A stretch of 64,000 nucleotides of DNA from Eledone cirrhosa (taxonomy: Eukaryota). The stretch covers positions 73,656,001 to 73,720,000 of the forward strand of contig OZ024747.1 in NCBI GenBank assembly GCA_964016885.1, in the 5' to 3' direction. The notes beneath the pieces are model-generated. The model had not been told where the DNA came from. It made no database searches and saw only the letters and a program-made list of their open reading frames with translations. The translations under genes were made by a program, and so were the position numbers. Positions 18,433 through 31,061 of this stretch are shown here, piece after piece (the first letter of the stretch is position 1; each line of letters begins with the position of its first letter).

Positions 18433-19620
18433 CTAGCAGTGTATCCCGGCGTTGCACGGGTAAGAACATTGGTAATAGCACCTCCAATGAGAAACGTTTA
18501 TTTGTGAGTGCCTGTTAAAAACTCACGAAAATATACCGACAGGAAACTTGTTTTATTTCGAGAGAATTAAGAAGTTGAAAGTACAGTTTAGCTGTCTACG
18601 TGCATTGTTCATAGAAATATTGTTGAGCTCCTTCTCTTCATACTCCTCTGTTTTGGCCTATTGGAGTAAATGTGAAAGAGAAAGTCACAGGTTAAGTTGG
18701 CAGAAGGTTCCAGTGTCATAGCAATAAGGCGTAGGCTACCTACCTCAAAAGTTCATTGACACACTTTCCACTAAGTTACTCATTCTCTCTATCCCTCTCG
18801 GTGCAATACCTTGCGAATTTCTCGCATAGGCCTGGTGTAGATTTGCACCCGATCCATCTGCCCGATGCACATGTCCGCTTTGTACGGCTTTTGGGGGAAG
18901 GACTGACCAGCAGTATGTTGTTCGATATTATTAAGAAAAGATGTAGCAGAGAATCCCGGGTGAACTAACAGCTTGGGAGGAAACTGTTTACCCCGAAGAT
19001 TCATTCGCCATCGTTCTTGTCAACGCTCCGTTTAGTTGGTATTTGTTGGTCTACAGTTAGATGAATGGCACACAAAGGGTTAATGTTTATTGGCAAGAAG
19101 TGGCTACTGGGCTGGCTTGCCTCGCTTATATTATATATTAAAATAACAGATTAAAGTTTAAGTAAAGAATCGCTGCTTTCACACTTAACGGGATCTTCTG
19201 AAACTAAAAAAATCAATCTGTGAACGCAGAAGTAAATATTTCGAAAAACCTTGACACCGTAGGAAAACAGGAAGACGATACTTTGGTTCGTGAAGACGTT
19301 CCCTGGCAATGAATGGAAAATAGCGTACATAATACGTCATCAATGTTTGTCATAATGTTGTAATGCAGACAGCCAGACATACAGACAAATATTATAAGGG
19401 CGCGACAGAGATCGATAACCGGCGCCTAACACCTCTTTAACAACAGAAAATTGAAAAATAAAACCTGCAGTTAATATCTTTAGACCGCAAGGAATATATA
19501 AATGCAAGTTTGAAGTCAATCGGAGTAGAAATGTGGATTTGTATATACTTTGCAAAAATGAGGACACACCTACACAGACAACTACAGTTTTATATATATG
19601 TATATATATATATATATAGA
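18433..19620 (-). mobile_element. Non-autonomous Helitron
   Basis: The minus strand ends CCCGTGCAACGCCGGG-ATACACTG-CTAG and begins TC(TA)n..TAAAACTG; internal blocks are shared with the 11594 and 50351 copies. Confidence 0.75.
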
Positions 19621-21609
19621 GAGATACTCTAAAGAAGCATTATTGGGCAAAATTAATTATAATATCACAAACAAAAGATAGCGCGTCTAAATGGAAAATA
19701 AGATAAACAATAACAAAAATGCAAAACTAATAACAAACAACTCCCAACCAACACAAATAGCAACTACTACAACATTGTCAGCAACATGTAACCCCATCCC
19801 ACCCCTAATATAATCAGGCTAGTCCTCTCTTCAACCACGAAATGTAGAAGTAAAAATTAGAGCAAAATCAGCAGGAACGGATAAACAAAACCAAGACAAA
19901 AAAAAACAATAAAAAAAAAATAAAATAAAAAAAAGCATCATGTTTCACAATGCATACAATAAAATGACAAGAAGAAAAAGCGATATTGGTGAAATAATAA
20001 AATATGCACCATTGATGAGATTAAGTGAAACCTCGGTATTGTAACATGATTATCAAACTGAAGGACAGAAAATGAACGTGAATCTAATGTACAAGAAGAA
20101 ATTAAGTGAAGATAGAATCGTGTTGATGTTAAGCTGTGATATTGCGAATAACGTTTTTACAACGTAATCATTCTACATACATTACTCACATGATGAAGGT
20201 GCGTGGCCTAGAGGTAAGAGTGATTACTTATGGTTATAATGTATCGGGTTCGTTTCCTGAACAGGTTGAATGTTGTGTACTTGAGAAATACACTTCAGTT
20301 CATTTGCCTTAGCTCTCGTTTCTTATATGTACCAATGTTTTCTTAATGTTTCTCACAAATTTCCTCAATCCAAAATTGGACATGTATCTTCACCGAAGTA
20401 GACAACATAAAAAGCTTACTACTTTCGTAAATGTCTTATTAGCACTTACACGAGGAGAGAACCGAATTCTATGTCTTTGCCATATAGTCGCATTTCTACC
20501 ACAATTTTCTAAGTGACTCTGAGGATATGCCCTATTCTAATGCCACAAATTGTCAGTAGCTTAGTTTGCTAGTATTGACAAGAGATAAGTGGGGGTTGGT
20601 AATTTGGTGAGATTTAAAAGTAACATAGACACTATTTGCTGATAACATTCCAGTATCACACCAACGCCACCATCAGACAACCAACATCATCCCCAACATC
20701 CTCTCCACCACCATCGCCAGCACTTGAAATATAACGTATTGAAAGTTCGTCCCGTCATCCTTATTATCATGACTTCCACTATCATCACAGGCACGAGGTA
20801 GCTTACACATATGATGTACTGATAACATCAGAGGGGCTAAAGCTATCATCTCGTTACGTATGCCAGTAATATTTAAAAGCCCCACCGACAACGTTACTCT
20901 CACTATCATCACCAACAATAAAACTTCTTCAAACAACAAACGCCAGACACCTCATGAAATCTGAGCCAGAACTGGAGCATCTGATTATTGCTCAAATTTT
21001 CTTGAAGCCATACTCTTAAATAGAGAAAGATACATTAGTTAATGTAGTCCCTCAGATGTCATCCCCTACAAAATACAAATTATGTTTACCATTTAGTCAA
21101 CCGGTCCCATCTGAGAGATACTGCTTAGAGTGGAGTGTAGAGTTTATCACCCCCCCCCCTCTCTCACTTCCCTTCCTTTCGTTGTTTACATTCTTCTTTA
21201 ATTTGATTTTTGTTCTTTTACATCTATTCTTCAATTCCTCGTTACTTTATATAAATATTTCTACACGTCATAAAAACTATCAACACAAATTCTTGAAAGG
21301 GAAATTCTACGTGGTAGATTGACCTGCAAGAAATAGAACGTAAATCGTCTTTAGATAATACTTTACCTTCAGCATACTGGTGTAGATACAATTGTAAATG
21401 GGGAGAAAACAGGGAGATAAGGTAGTTAACGCGTGTATATTATATACTGTAGTAATTGGTTAAATGTGGTAGATGAGAGGTTGTATGAGATTTAACGAGA
21501 GGACAACACAGCAGCTATTATCACAGCAGCTATTATCAACATATCTATACAAGCAACACACAACTCACACAACATAGATACCCAAAACAAAATAACCCTC
21601 AAAAACTAC

Positions 21610-22282
21610 CACTTTCAAAACTGTCAAAACCACAACTACCACCACCATAACAATCACTACCACTACGACGACGACAACGACCACCACCACTACCACCACC
21701 ATCACTGTCACCACCACCACTACCACCACCATCACCAAAACCACTACCACCACCACCACCACCACTGCTGTCAACACCACCACCGCCATCACCACCACCA
21801 CCACCACCACCACCACTGTCAACACCACCACCGCCACCACCACCACCACCACTACCACCACCATCATCAGCAAAACCACCACCACCATCACAACCACTGT
21901 CAACACCACAACCACGACGACGACGACGACGACGACGACGACCACCACCACCACCACCACCACCACTGTCACCGTCACCACCACCACCACCATCATCATC
22001 ACCAAAAGCACCACCGCCACCACCACCGCCACCACCACCGCCACCGCCACCACCACCACCACCACTGTCACCGTCACCGTCATCACCACCACCATCATCA
22101 TCACCAAAAGCACCACCGCCACCACCGCCACCACCACCACCGCCACCACCACCACCACCACCGCCACCGCCACCACCACCACCACCACTGTCACCGTCAC
22201 CACCACCACCACCATCATCATCATCACCAAAAGCACCACCGCCACCACCGCCACCACCACCGCCACCGCCACCACCACCACA
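21610..22282. repeat. ACC-rich low-complexity/minisatellite tract
   Basis: Degenerate (ACC)n with higher-order blocks. Confidence 0.9.
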
Positions 22283-22339
22283 ACAATTATATGCACTCAG
22301 TCGTGGCGCCTGTTTAACCTATCGGCACTTACACGTTAA

Positions 22340-23730
22340 TCTAATGAGAACAACAATTACTTTATGAACCCATACTAATCCATGTCCCCTCACATTCTTT
22401 CTTACCTTCTTCATATTCCATATTTAAGGTTCTTGTAAATTTATACCCCATCAGATGTTTATTTTGACAAAGATTAAACCTGTATAAACAAGGTGAAACT
22501 AAAATTCTCATTGACATGAATCTTCTTTCAAACCCCAATTATAATCTTTGCCTAAGGAAGTTTGTTACTGAACATCATTAGTCGTATCATTAGAGTCCAT
22601 AGCTATAATTATAGTACCTTTATAATTATTATGAAACTTTATAATTATTATAAACCTTTAAGCTCTTCTGTATACACTATCCTTAATATTATCGGAAACC
22701 ACATGCTATCCTTTAGTACTTTAGTGTTAGTATCATTTATACCTCTATTATTAAATCATATCTCCTACAGCGCACCATGGGTTGACAACTTGTTATATTA
22801 ATTAATCTCTTGCTATGCGAAATCATTCATTAATGATTTTAAAACACAAATGTTGTACCTATCCTTAAGAATAAATTAGATTCTCAAACACATGATTATA
22901 ATTTTGTAATTATAATAGCATTCATACTAACATTACTATATAATTCCTAATAATTTCCTTGCACAACTTCTTTTCAAATATAAAATTGTGTCTATACAAC
23001 TAATTTTTAACCTTCGGTTCAAATGTTTATTAATTACTCCTAGCTTCAAATTGAACTCTCCTGAAAGCTCTCGAAATTTGCGAGGATTTGCTTCCACTAT
23101 GGTTTTATTTCATCGCGGTCGTCCGCGGAACATCCGCAACCATTAACTTCAGAAGTGAAATTAAAGAGGCTTTTGAATTGACGTTGCACTTTGCATTCAA
23201 TAAACCGTTCCTGGCCCTACAATTCTATAATGCTTCCACCAGTTTGTGCTGTATTGTTTTCAAAGAAATAAAAATAAATTTGGCGAAATAAATTTTGACA
23301 TAATAGTGACGTATAGAGGCAAGAAGCAGTGGTGTCTATAATACAACAACAAAGCCGTACTTTACAAGAACAATAGGATAAATTTGTAAATTTGAAACAC
23401 AAGAAAAATATTGTAATTCGCAAGTGACAAGAGCAGCTGGTTTAATACTAAAGATGAAGAAGAATATATTTCAGAAATGAATAACAGCAAATATATAAAA
23501 CTTAAGAAAACACTGATCAACGAAATGTAAATTTAATAATTTAACTGCTACTCTGAACACATAAAGAGAATTTGATCTACACACACATGTCAGAATGTTG
23601 GGATACACAAAATATATTTCTTTGATTATCCCACTTCAATACATCCAAACATACAATCACCAAGTAACTAGAAGCATTATAAGATTTACGAACCGCACCT
23701 TATAAGATCATTTAAAATAAACATTATAAA
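22340..23730. mobile_element. Highly decayed PLE remnant with internal inversion
   Basis: Minus strand ~22350-22460 reads GVYKFT...ECEGTWISMG (GIY-YIG-like). Plus strand ~23400-23480 reads KKNIVIRK-DKS...EEYISEM (PLE RT N-region-like). Many stops. Confidence 0.35.
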
Positions 23731-24264
23731 GTCAACATAATTAACTGCCAGCATTTCCAACAAGAATGGTGAAAGGCCTTCTACCAACCTTGCTCTAAAC
23801 AAAACTATAGAAGTATTGTTTGAAGGCTTTGTACAAATACGTAATAATTGTTTCCACTTTTAGCACAAGGTCAGCAATGTCAAGGAAAGGGGAATGTCGA
23901 TAAAATCTAGTTCAATCCGTTACTGGTAACAAATTTTATTGAACCACTCGGGAGGAAATTCAAGGAAGACCTCTGTTGAATTTGAATTTGAACTCAGAAC
24001 GTAGAAATTCGTTTTTAAATACTACAGAGCATTTTATCCGAATCTCTATCAATACTGCAAAAATAACTGCCCTACACACCCGTAGTAGTAATACCATATA
24101 TTATATCAAGAAATATCCTTTAAAAGATCCCTCTGACCTGCATGATAGAGTTTCTCTGCCATTATCCACAAGGGAATTTCTACATCAAGATTGATGTGCT
24201 GTTTATAAAAGCCCTACCCTCGGGTCCATATTCATGGTATGCTAGACTGCTGCTTACATTGAAA

Positions 24265-24454
24265 TAATTGTTTCTACTTTTGGCACAAGGCCAGCAAATA
24301 CCCAGTACATTACTGGTACTTTATTTTATCGACCCCGTAAGGATGAAAAGCAAAGTTAACCTCAGCGGGATTTGAACTCAGAATGGCAAGGGCCGTAACT
24401 CTATATGTCAAAGCATGGCGTCCGACCCTCTACCGACACTGCCAATCCACCGCC
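24265..24454 (-). mobile_element. SINE family 2 (diverged copies at 23845-24062, 42434-42540, 58310-58612)
   Basis: Nearly the reverse complement of 60653-60842. Confidence 0.8.
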
Positions 24455-25162
24455 CTTACATTGAAATAATGTTCTCCGTTATTTACACCACACTTCAAAT
24501 ACCAGGTATATAAACGACATTTTCTGTGCCGCTTGCATAAATGATGGTCAATAAAACAATTCAACCTTTTTTTTACAATTCTTCACATACCCAGCATGTA
24601 TTCAGTATATAATCCCACCCAAAGTACATGTGTATGTTTGCGGCATGGTAGATTGGCTGATGTGCACTTATGGAAACTTGTGTGGGTGCGTTTGATTTTC
24701 AGTAGAATACGAAATTCTTCTGATATAAACTGATTTCAATAACGAATGGAGTATGTGACAGACGTACATCTACATAGATTAGGTATCGATTAATCGTATC
24801 GATAAAACGTTGATGGCATTTCAAATAATTACACTCTTTCACACTCAAATTATATTTCAATGGAGGGAAATCAGAATGTTGCATATGTTGAAAAAAATAA
24901 CGTGGTATTCCTGATATTTCCTATTTCAAGTTAGCGTTGTTCGTACCGTCTTCATATATATCGAAATATTACAAGATAATAGCATGTTTTAACATGTCTT
25001 TCTAAAGCTGCTTGACAAACTGGTCGATTGATTAATGTTTATTGTTCCACGATCCATTTATAGATTATTGATGGATCAGATTATAGATCGATCAAATATT
25101 CTTACTCGTGATTGGGATCAAATATCTTTCAATCTGCTGATAATTTTGTGTGTATATATATA

Positions 25163-25283
25163 TATATTATTCAAAATATTAATATATTATTCAAAATATT
25201 AATATATTATTCAAAATATTAATATATTATTCAAAATATTAATATATTATTAAAAATATGAATATATTATTCAAAATATTAAT
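25163..25283. repeat. 20-bp tandem repeat (AATATATTATTCAAAATATT) x ~6
   Basis: Direct reading. Confidence 0.9.
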
Positions 25284-25313
25284 AAATGGATACATTCACA
25301 TCATCAAAATATG

Positions 25314-25376
25314 TTTTATTATATATATTTCGGAGGTACTGTGTTGTTTTTTTCAGTACGTCCTCATCAGATAAAA
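25314..25376 (-). ncRNA. Minimal type I hammerhead ribozyme
   Basis: UUUUAU-CUGAUGA-GGAcGUACUG(loop)CAGUACcUCC-GAAA-UAUAUA-UA-AUAAAA; 6-bp stem I, palindromic stem III. Confidence 0.8.
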
Positions 25377-26068
25377 TACATAAATTGATGTATGACATAC
25401 CTCAACTGTGCTGATGGTTCAATTCATCAGCAAAGTTGAGGTATTGTTAAGATTGTGGTGGTGGTGAGAGGCATACGATATGTGTGTGTTGTTGTTGTTG
25501 TTGATGTGGATGTGTGTTGTTGTTGATGTGTGTTGCTGTTGTTGTCTCCGTGTATGTTGTTATTATTGTCGTGTGCGTTGTTGTTATTGTTGTTTTTGTC
25601 TGTGTGTCTGTTGTTGTTGTCTCTGAGTATGTTATTATTGTTGTTGTGTGTGTTGTTGTTGTTATCGTTGTTTGTGTCTGTGTGTCTGTTGTTGTTGGGA
25701 TGTGTGATGTATGTGTGTGTGTGTGTGTGCGTATGCTGTTACTTTTGTTTTTGTTGTTTTTGAGGCTCCAACGTAATTTTGTAAATGATTTTTCTATTTC
25801 TGACAAGCATCTTATCATATTTACCTTAGAAAACATGAATGGAATAGCAACACCACAACTTACAATTAAGGACAAAATGAAAACACCCACACACATAGAA
25901 CAAACAACCAACCAGTAACATGTAAATAAACAAATAAATAAACAAATAAAAACACACACAGACACCCGGATGTAACACATGCGCAAACTAAGCACACAAC
26001 ACACACAAAAAACAAGATGCCGTAGGACAGAACAAAGGAGAGGCACAAAACAAAGAAAAAAATCCCCA

Positions 26069-26111
26069 GTCACTGAAGAGGTCACAGAATGTGTGACGAA
26101 AGAACTTTGAC
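26069..26111 (+). ncRNA. Minimal type I hammerhead ribozyme
   Basis: GUCA-CUGAAGA-G-GUCACA(GAAUG)UGUGAC-GAAA-GAAC-UU-UGAC; the same family occurs at 53804-53846(-) and 53932-53974(+). Confidence 0.75.
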
Positions 26112-26327
26112 AATATATGAACAACCGTCCGGTTGTGGAACCAACCACCCAACCAACCGGAAATTTATAAAATATAAAAATCTTTTTTTTTTTAAATTTA
26201 TAATAAATTGGAGTGAAAGCGAGGTGCGTGTGTTTCTTATTGGCAACATAACCCTCCCAAAGTATAACAATATCGGTTTCAACACACGTTTTCAGATAAA
26301 GAATCTTGCTAGACAAATTCAGAAACG

Positions 26328-26368
<41 letters not shown>

Positions 26369-26371
<3 letters not shown>

Positions 26372-26466
26372 GTGTCCCTAAAAATCTATACACACTTCAC
26401 CAGCCTTTAATAAATATTGCCTGTATAGGTAATCAAAGTGTTTATACAGTTTTGGGGGAACCTCTG
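26369..26466. mobile_element. Tc1/mariner-type MITE (~98 bp)
   Basis: TA|CAGGTGTCCCTAAAAATCTATACACACTT ... AAGTGTTTATACAGTTTTGGGGGAACCTCTG|TA: imperfect TIRs with a TA target. Confidence 0.7.
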
Positions 26467-26507
<41 letters not shown>

Positions 26508-26636
26508 GGCTTATGCCCGAAACGTCGTCCCCCACCCTCCACTCTCGGCGTGAACGTAATACCAACGCTGTTAAAACTGTGCAGTACGAACAGCGTTGGT
26601 ATTACGTTCTTTGTTATTGCTTTTATATATACATAC

Positions 26637-26691
<55 letters not shown>

Positions 26692-26828
26692 GGTTTGAGG
26701 TTCACCACTATATAGAGCTGGTCTATTCCGTATGGTCAATCGTAATGCAATAATATAGAGAGTACTCAACGTAAAGCAGTTCAACCGTCTTTGTTTTTGT
26801 AGTTGGTGGTGCTATTACGGAGTTAAAT

Positions 26829-27258
26829 ATTATAATGAAATGACAGGAGGCTGGATTTGTGTAAATCCTTTAAAGGTTTATTATACTATGATCATTTCAA
26901 TGACCGGGTTCCGTATGAATCCGGTGATATCATCAGGTATTCGAAATATAATACGTGAATGTAATAGATAAAATCCATGGGGCTGAAAATCGAGGACCCG
27001 AGGGCGACCGCTATTCTGTTCCTTCAACCTCAGCCGGTCGCCCTGGAGTCCGGCTGAGGTTGAAGGAACAGAATAGCGGTCGCCCTCGGGTCCTCGATTT
27101 TCAGCCCCATGGATTTTATCTATTACATTCACGTATTATATTTCGAATACCTGATGATATCACCGGATTCATACGGAACCCGGTCATTGAAATGATCATA
27201 GTATAATAAACCTTTAAAGGATTTACACAAATCCAGCCTCCTGTCATTTCATTATAAT
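26829..27258. repeat. Inverted repeat with 209-bp arms and a 12-nt loop; HHR in each arm
   Basis: 26829-27037 versus 27050-27258; no mismatch seen by eye. Confidence 0.95.
27147..27204 (+). ncRNA. Hammerhead ribozyme (mirror copy at 26883-26940, minus strand)
   Basis: AUAC-CUGAUGA-stem II(ACCGG..CCGGU)-GAAA-UGAUCA-UA-GUAU; palindromic stem III; the base of stem II is imperfect. Confidence 0.75.
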
Positions 27259-27313
<55 letters not shown>

Positions 27314-27876
27314 TTTGTTTGTGTTTCTATATATCTATGGTGTATGGTCAACAAAAACAATGGAGTTTTCAAACAAAACGTATCACCATTCTTTACAATA
27401 TGTAGTACAAGCATTTGTGGTGTGTGAGCCTTCATTTGGTTTATCAATATTAGGTTTAGTCGAATGAACAAAAGAAAAGGGTATGTTGCAATCTTTTGTT
27501 AGAATCTTCTGGCTGTTGACTACATATATAGACATATATGTAGATATGCACAGGAGCTGGTGACATATAGAGTCTAATTTGGTGAAGAGGAGGTAAATAA
27601 CTACCTATGTATGTTTGTATGAAATGTTTGAGCCATTTTCTCGTTATTCCGTCATCAACACTTTAAAGAAGTAATATCATTTATTCAAATATTTACATTA
27701 TTCTGCTACCAAACTACACTCCATGTATCCATCATCGTATACTCAGAGAAACCAAAGCGAGAAACTAAGAGGAGCGGCTCACACAGACTCAGAATTTAGC
27801 TTTGAATAAGATTAATCAATTCTACTAAACAGCATTGGATAATTTTTACGCTTAGCTCTATTTCACACCAAACTCA

Positions 27877-27971
<95 letters not shown>

Positions 27972-28394
27972 CTACCTTTTTTACTCGTTCATTTATGTAA
28001 ACTGCCCTCCCCCTCCTTGTATTTGTCTCCCTCTTTTGTGCCCTCGTGGCTAGTAAATAGAAACTTATCTCTCTGTGGTAAGGGTATGTATTTTCTTACA
28101 AAAAGCCACAATTTGATAAAGACATTGATTAGAGCCTATAACAATTCTATGTTGGCAAACTGGATTAGTCACACAATGTTTCGTGTAGTTCCTATCTTGT
28201 AACTGTGCTTGGCAACAAACATGATATAACCACTCAACAAGTGTTATGACTGAGATGCACAGGAGAACGACCGAGTAACATGAGCCACAGGAAATTTCTA
28301 GGTATGTAGAAATATTCCAGTTTAACAACAAACACTCAAGAATCCTCCCACACAGACATGCACACGCATACACTCTCACGTACACCCACACGCC

Positions 28395-28425
<31 letters not shown>

Positions 28426-28441
28426 CACACACACACACACC

Positions 28442-28529
<88 letters not shown>

Positions 28530-28538
<9 letters not shown>

Positions 28539-29098
28539 CGTAAAATAAGAAAATTATAAAATTAACTTACTTACTAAAATTTCACTTCCAACTAATTAGT
28601 TTCTGAAATAAAATAAATATACTTTCCGAAGAAAGTACAGAGAATCATTTCGTCGTCAGGGAAGACTATTCTCAGCGAAGTATCCATGCAAAGCGAGGAC
28701 TCTTGAAACTTATACAAAAATATTCAGTGGATAGAAAATAGCAAAGCGTGGACTGAATTCCTAGCCATTGAGAAAATCACTGCCTCTGCGTCGGTGGCAA
28801 ATTCAAAAAGAATTAATCACGTGACATCGAGGTCAATCAGTGGAAAGTGGTTTGCTAATAAGACAGCGGCCTGCCTGCTACCATAGCAGCAGTTCTGGCC
28901 AATATTGCTCGACAAATAATTTGGAGATAATTATAAAGAATTAATATCTAGTAACATATATATACATACAGATGCATATCAATGCTAGCAAATATATAGG
29001 TTTTGTCTTAGTAGCTTTGTGGTTCAATGCATGGGGTTGCAGAACAATAATATGAGAGACGTAAAATAAGAAAATTATAAAATTAACTTACTTACTAT
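28530..29098. repeat. 521-bp unit with 47-bp terminal direct repeat, between TA tracts
   Basis: TATGAGAGACGTAAAATAAGAAAATTATAAAATTAACTTACTTACTA at 28530 and 29051. Confidence 0.85.
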
Positions 29099-29101
29099 AT
29101 A

Positions 29102-29171
<70 letters not shown>

Positions 29172-29177
<6 letters not shown>

Positions 29178-30535
29178 AAAATGGAACGGGAACAAAACAA
29201 AGAGGCAGTACAAACAAAGGTTCATTAGTTTCACACTCTTGAGAGTAGGGGGGGGGCGTTTCGGGCATAAGCCCTTCTTCAGGAGAAAAGTGGGAAGAGA
29301 GTTCCGAGGGTGTGGGGGAGAGTGGTGGAGAGACATTTAGAAAAAGGGGGGGTGGAAGGGGTACAAATAAGAATAAAAATGAACATGAAGATAAACGAGT
29401 GGTGGAAGAGTGTGGGGTGTGTAGGGGTGGTGGCGGGTGGAGTGGGGAGAAGGAGGTGGGGTGTCCGACCGGGAGGGCTGAAGGTGGTTTTTGTGTATGT
29501 GTGTAGGTGTACGTGTGTGTGTGTATGTGAATGTGAGAGTTGGGTGAAGAACGAGGTTCCATGTTCAGGAAAAGGTGTGTGTTTGTGTGGGGTGTTTGTC
29601 GATATGTGCGTGCGTATGGATGGGGGAGGGAGGGGGTAGAGATTCCGGAGGCTGAGTGTGTATATATGTGGGGGTACGCACGTGTGTGTTGGTGTTTATA
29701 CGTTTTGTGGATGTAGGTGGCGTGGTTCGAAAAAAAATTGTGAGTGTATGTCCTTGGGTAAGTTCCTAAGGTAGTTCCGTGGAGGGTGTGAAGAGTTGCC
29801 GGATATTTTCCATGTTATGGAGTGGATAGTGGGAACGATGGCCGATGGTGTGTAATCCGTTGGTTGTGGTAGTCGGAAGAGGGGAGCTGTAGGGTTCGCG
29901 CGCAACAAGAAGTGGTCAGAGGGTCAAGGCAGGATGAGGGTAGATGAGAGTGACAGGTGGAGAGCACTGTGTATCTGTGTGTGCGGAGAAGTGGTCAGAG
30001 GGTCAAGGCAGGAGAAGGCATATCAGCAGTAGAGGAGAATGGCAGGTGGAGAAAGTCAGTGTGTCAGTGTGCGCGGAGGTGCGCTGGACAGGGGAGAGGA
30101 TGGGTAGGTGTGAAAGGTGGAGTGGGAAGGGGGTCATGCGGGGGATGGGGTGTGTATTAGTAGAGGTGTTAGTGGGGTGTGTGTGTGAAGGGGTGTGGGT
30201 GGAGCGGGGAAAGGGAGAGAAAAGGTGTGGGGGACGTTGGAGGGAGTGTAGTGTACTGGTGTGTGCGGGCGTGTTTGGATGAGTGTGTGTGTGGTGAAGG
30301 GGGTGTTAGTGGATGTTAGTATACTGGTGGTGGGGAAAGGGTTGAATGCGGGTGAGTGTGTGTGTAGGGGGGGTCGAAGGGTAAAGGAATATGGGTGGGG
30401 AGTTCAGGCCGGGGGGAATGTGGGTCTGTGGGGGGTAAAGATGGTGCGTTGTTCGACCCTGAGGCGGGTGGCGGGTGTTCCGTGGCATTGGAGTAGGCCA
30501 CAGACAGTGAGGTGGTGCGCGGAATGTCCGGGCGA
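29172..30535 (-). mobile_element. 3' part of a second PLE (Neptune/Poseidon-like): GIY-YIG C-terminus, long 3' UTR, pLTR with partial hammerhead
   Basis: The minus strand reads [26 protein letters not shown]..(frameshift)PGLN. CUGAAGA-A-GGGC(UUAU)GCCC-GAAA-CG at 29257-29285 has lost its cleavage site. TA-flanked. Confidence 0.75.
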
Positions 30536-30544
30536 TATACATAT

Positions 30545-30616
<72 letters not shown>

Positions 30617-30618
<2 letters not shown>

Positions 30619-30862
30619 CGAAGGAAATGTGGTAAGGAACCAGATGGACCATAACGCACCAAAGTACTCAATACTTAGGGTAGTAGGTTGGGTAATAGGA
30701 ACGAGTAGGACCCCGACGGCTGAGCTCAAGCTGTTTCAACGGCTAATTCTGGACTAAATAAATTTAGTCCTACTCGTTCCTATTACCCACTCTACTACCC
30801 TAAGTATTGAGAACTTTGGTGCGTTATGGTCCATCTGGTTCCTTACCACATTTCCTTCGTTA
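30617..30862. repeat. Fold-back of 'family A' pLTR-like element (relatives at 1-118, ~18330-18397, 35894-35972, 41218-41408)
   Basis: Inverted arms end in CCTTACCACATTTCCTTCGT-(TA)n. The family carries a hammerhead 3' half, GAAA-CGGCU(UGAGCUC)AGCCG-UC-GGGG. Confidence 0.85.
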
Positions 30863-31023
30863 TATATATAAGAATTAAAATACTAGAGTGTGTTGGAGTT
30901 AAACACCCTCTTCGTATTATAGAGAAATGACAGTATAAGAAATAGCTCAATGCAATTAAACAGAGCCGAAGAATTATAAAAAATAAACCAAAGAAGCCTT
31001 CAATACATCAAAAGTCTTTATTA

Positions 31024-31061
31024 GCCAACAATGTTTCGTCCTATTAAGGACTCATCAGGGC
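31024..31061 (-). ncRNA. Minimal type I hammerhead ribozyme in PLE 3' pLTR
   Basis: GCC-CUGAUGA-GUCC(UUAAUA)GGAC-GAAA-CAUUG-UU-GGC, on the sense strand of the PLE. Confidence 0.85.

Noticed and set aside
21565-22296. Poly-Val 243-aa ORF
   Set aside because: Antisense reading of an (ACC)n low-complexity tract.
26881-27206. Two near-identical 83-aa ORFs on opposite strands
   Set aside because: A by-product of the inverted repeat.
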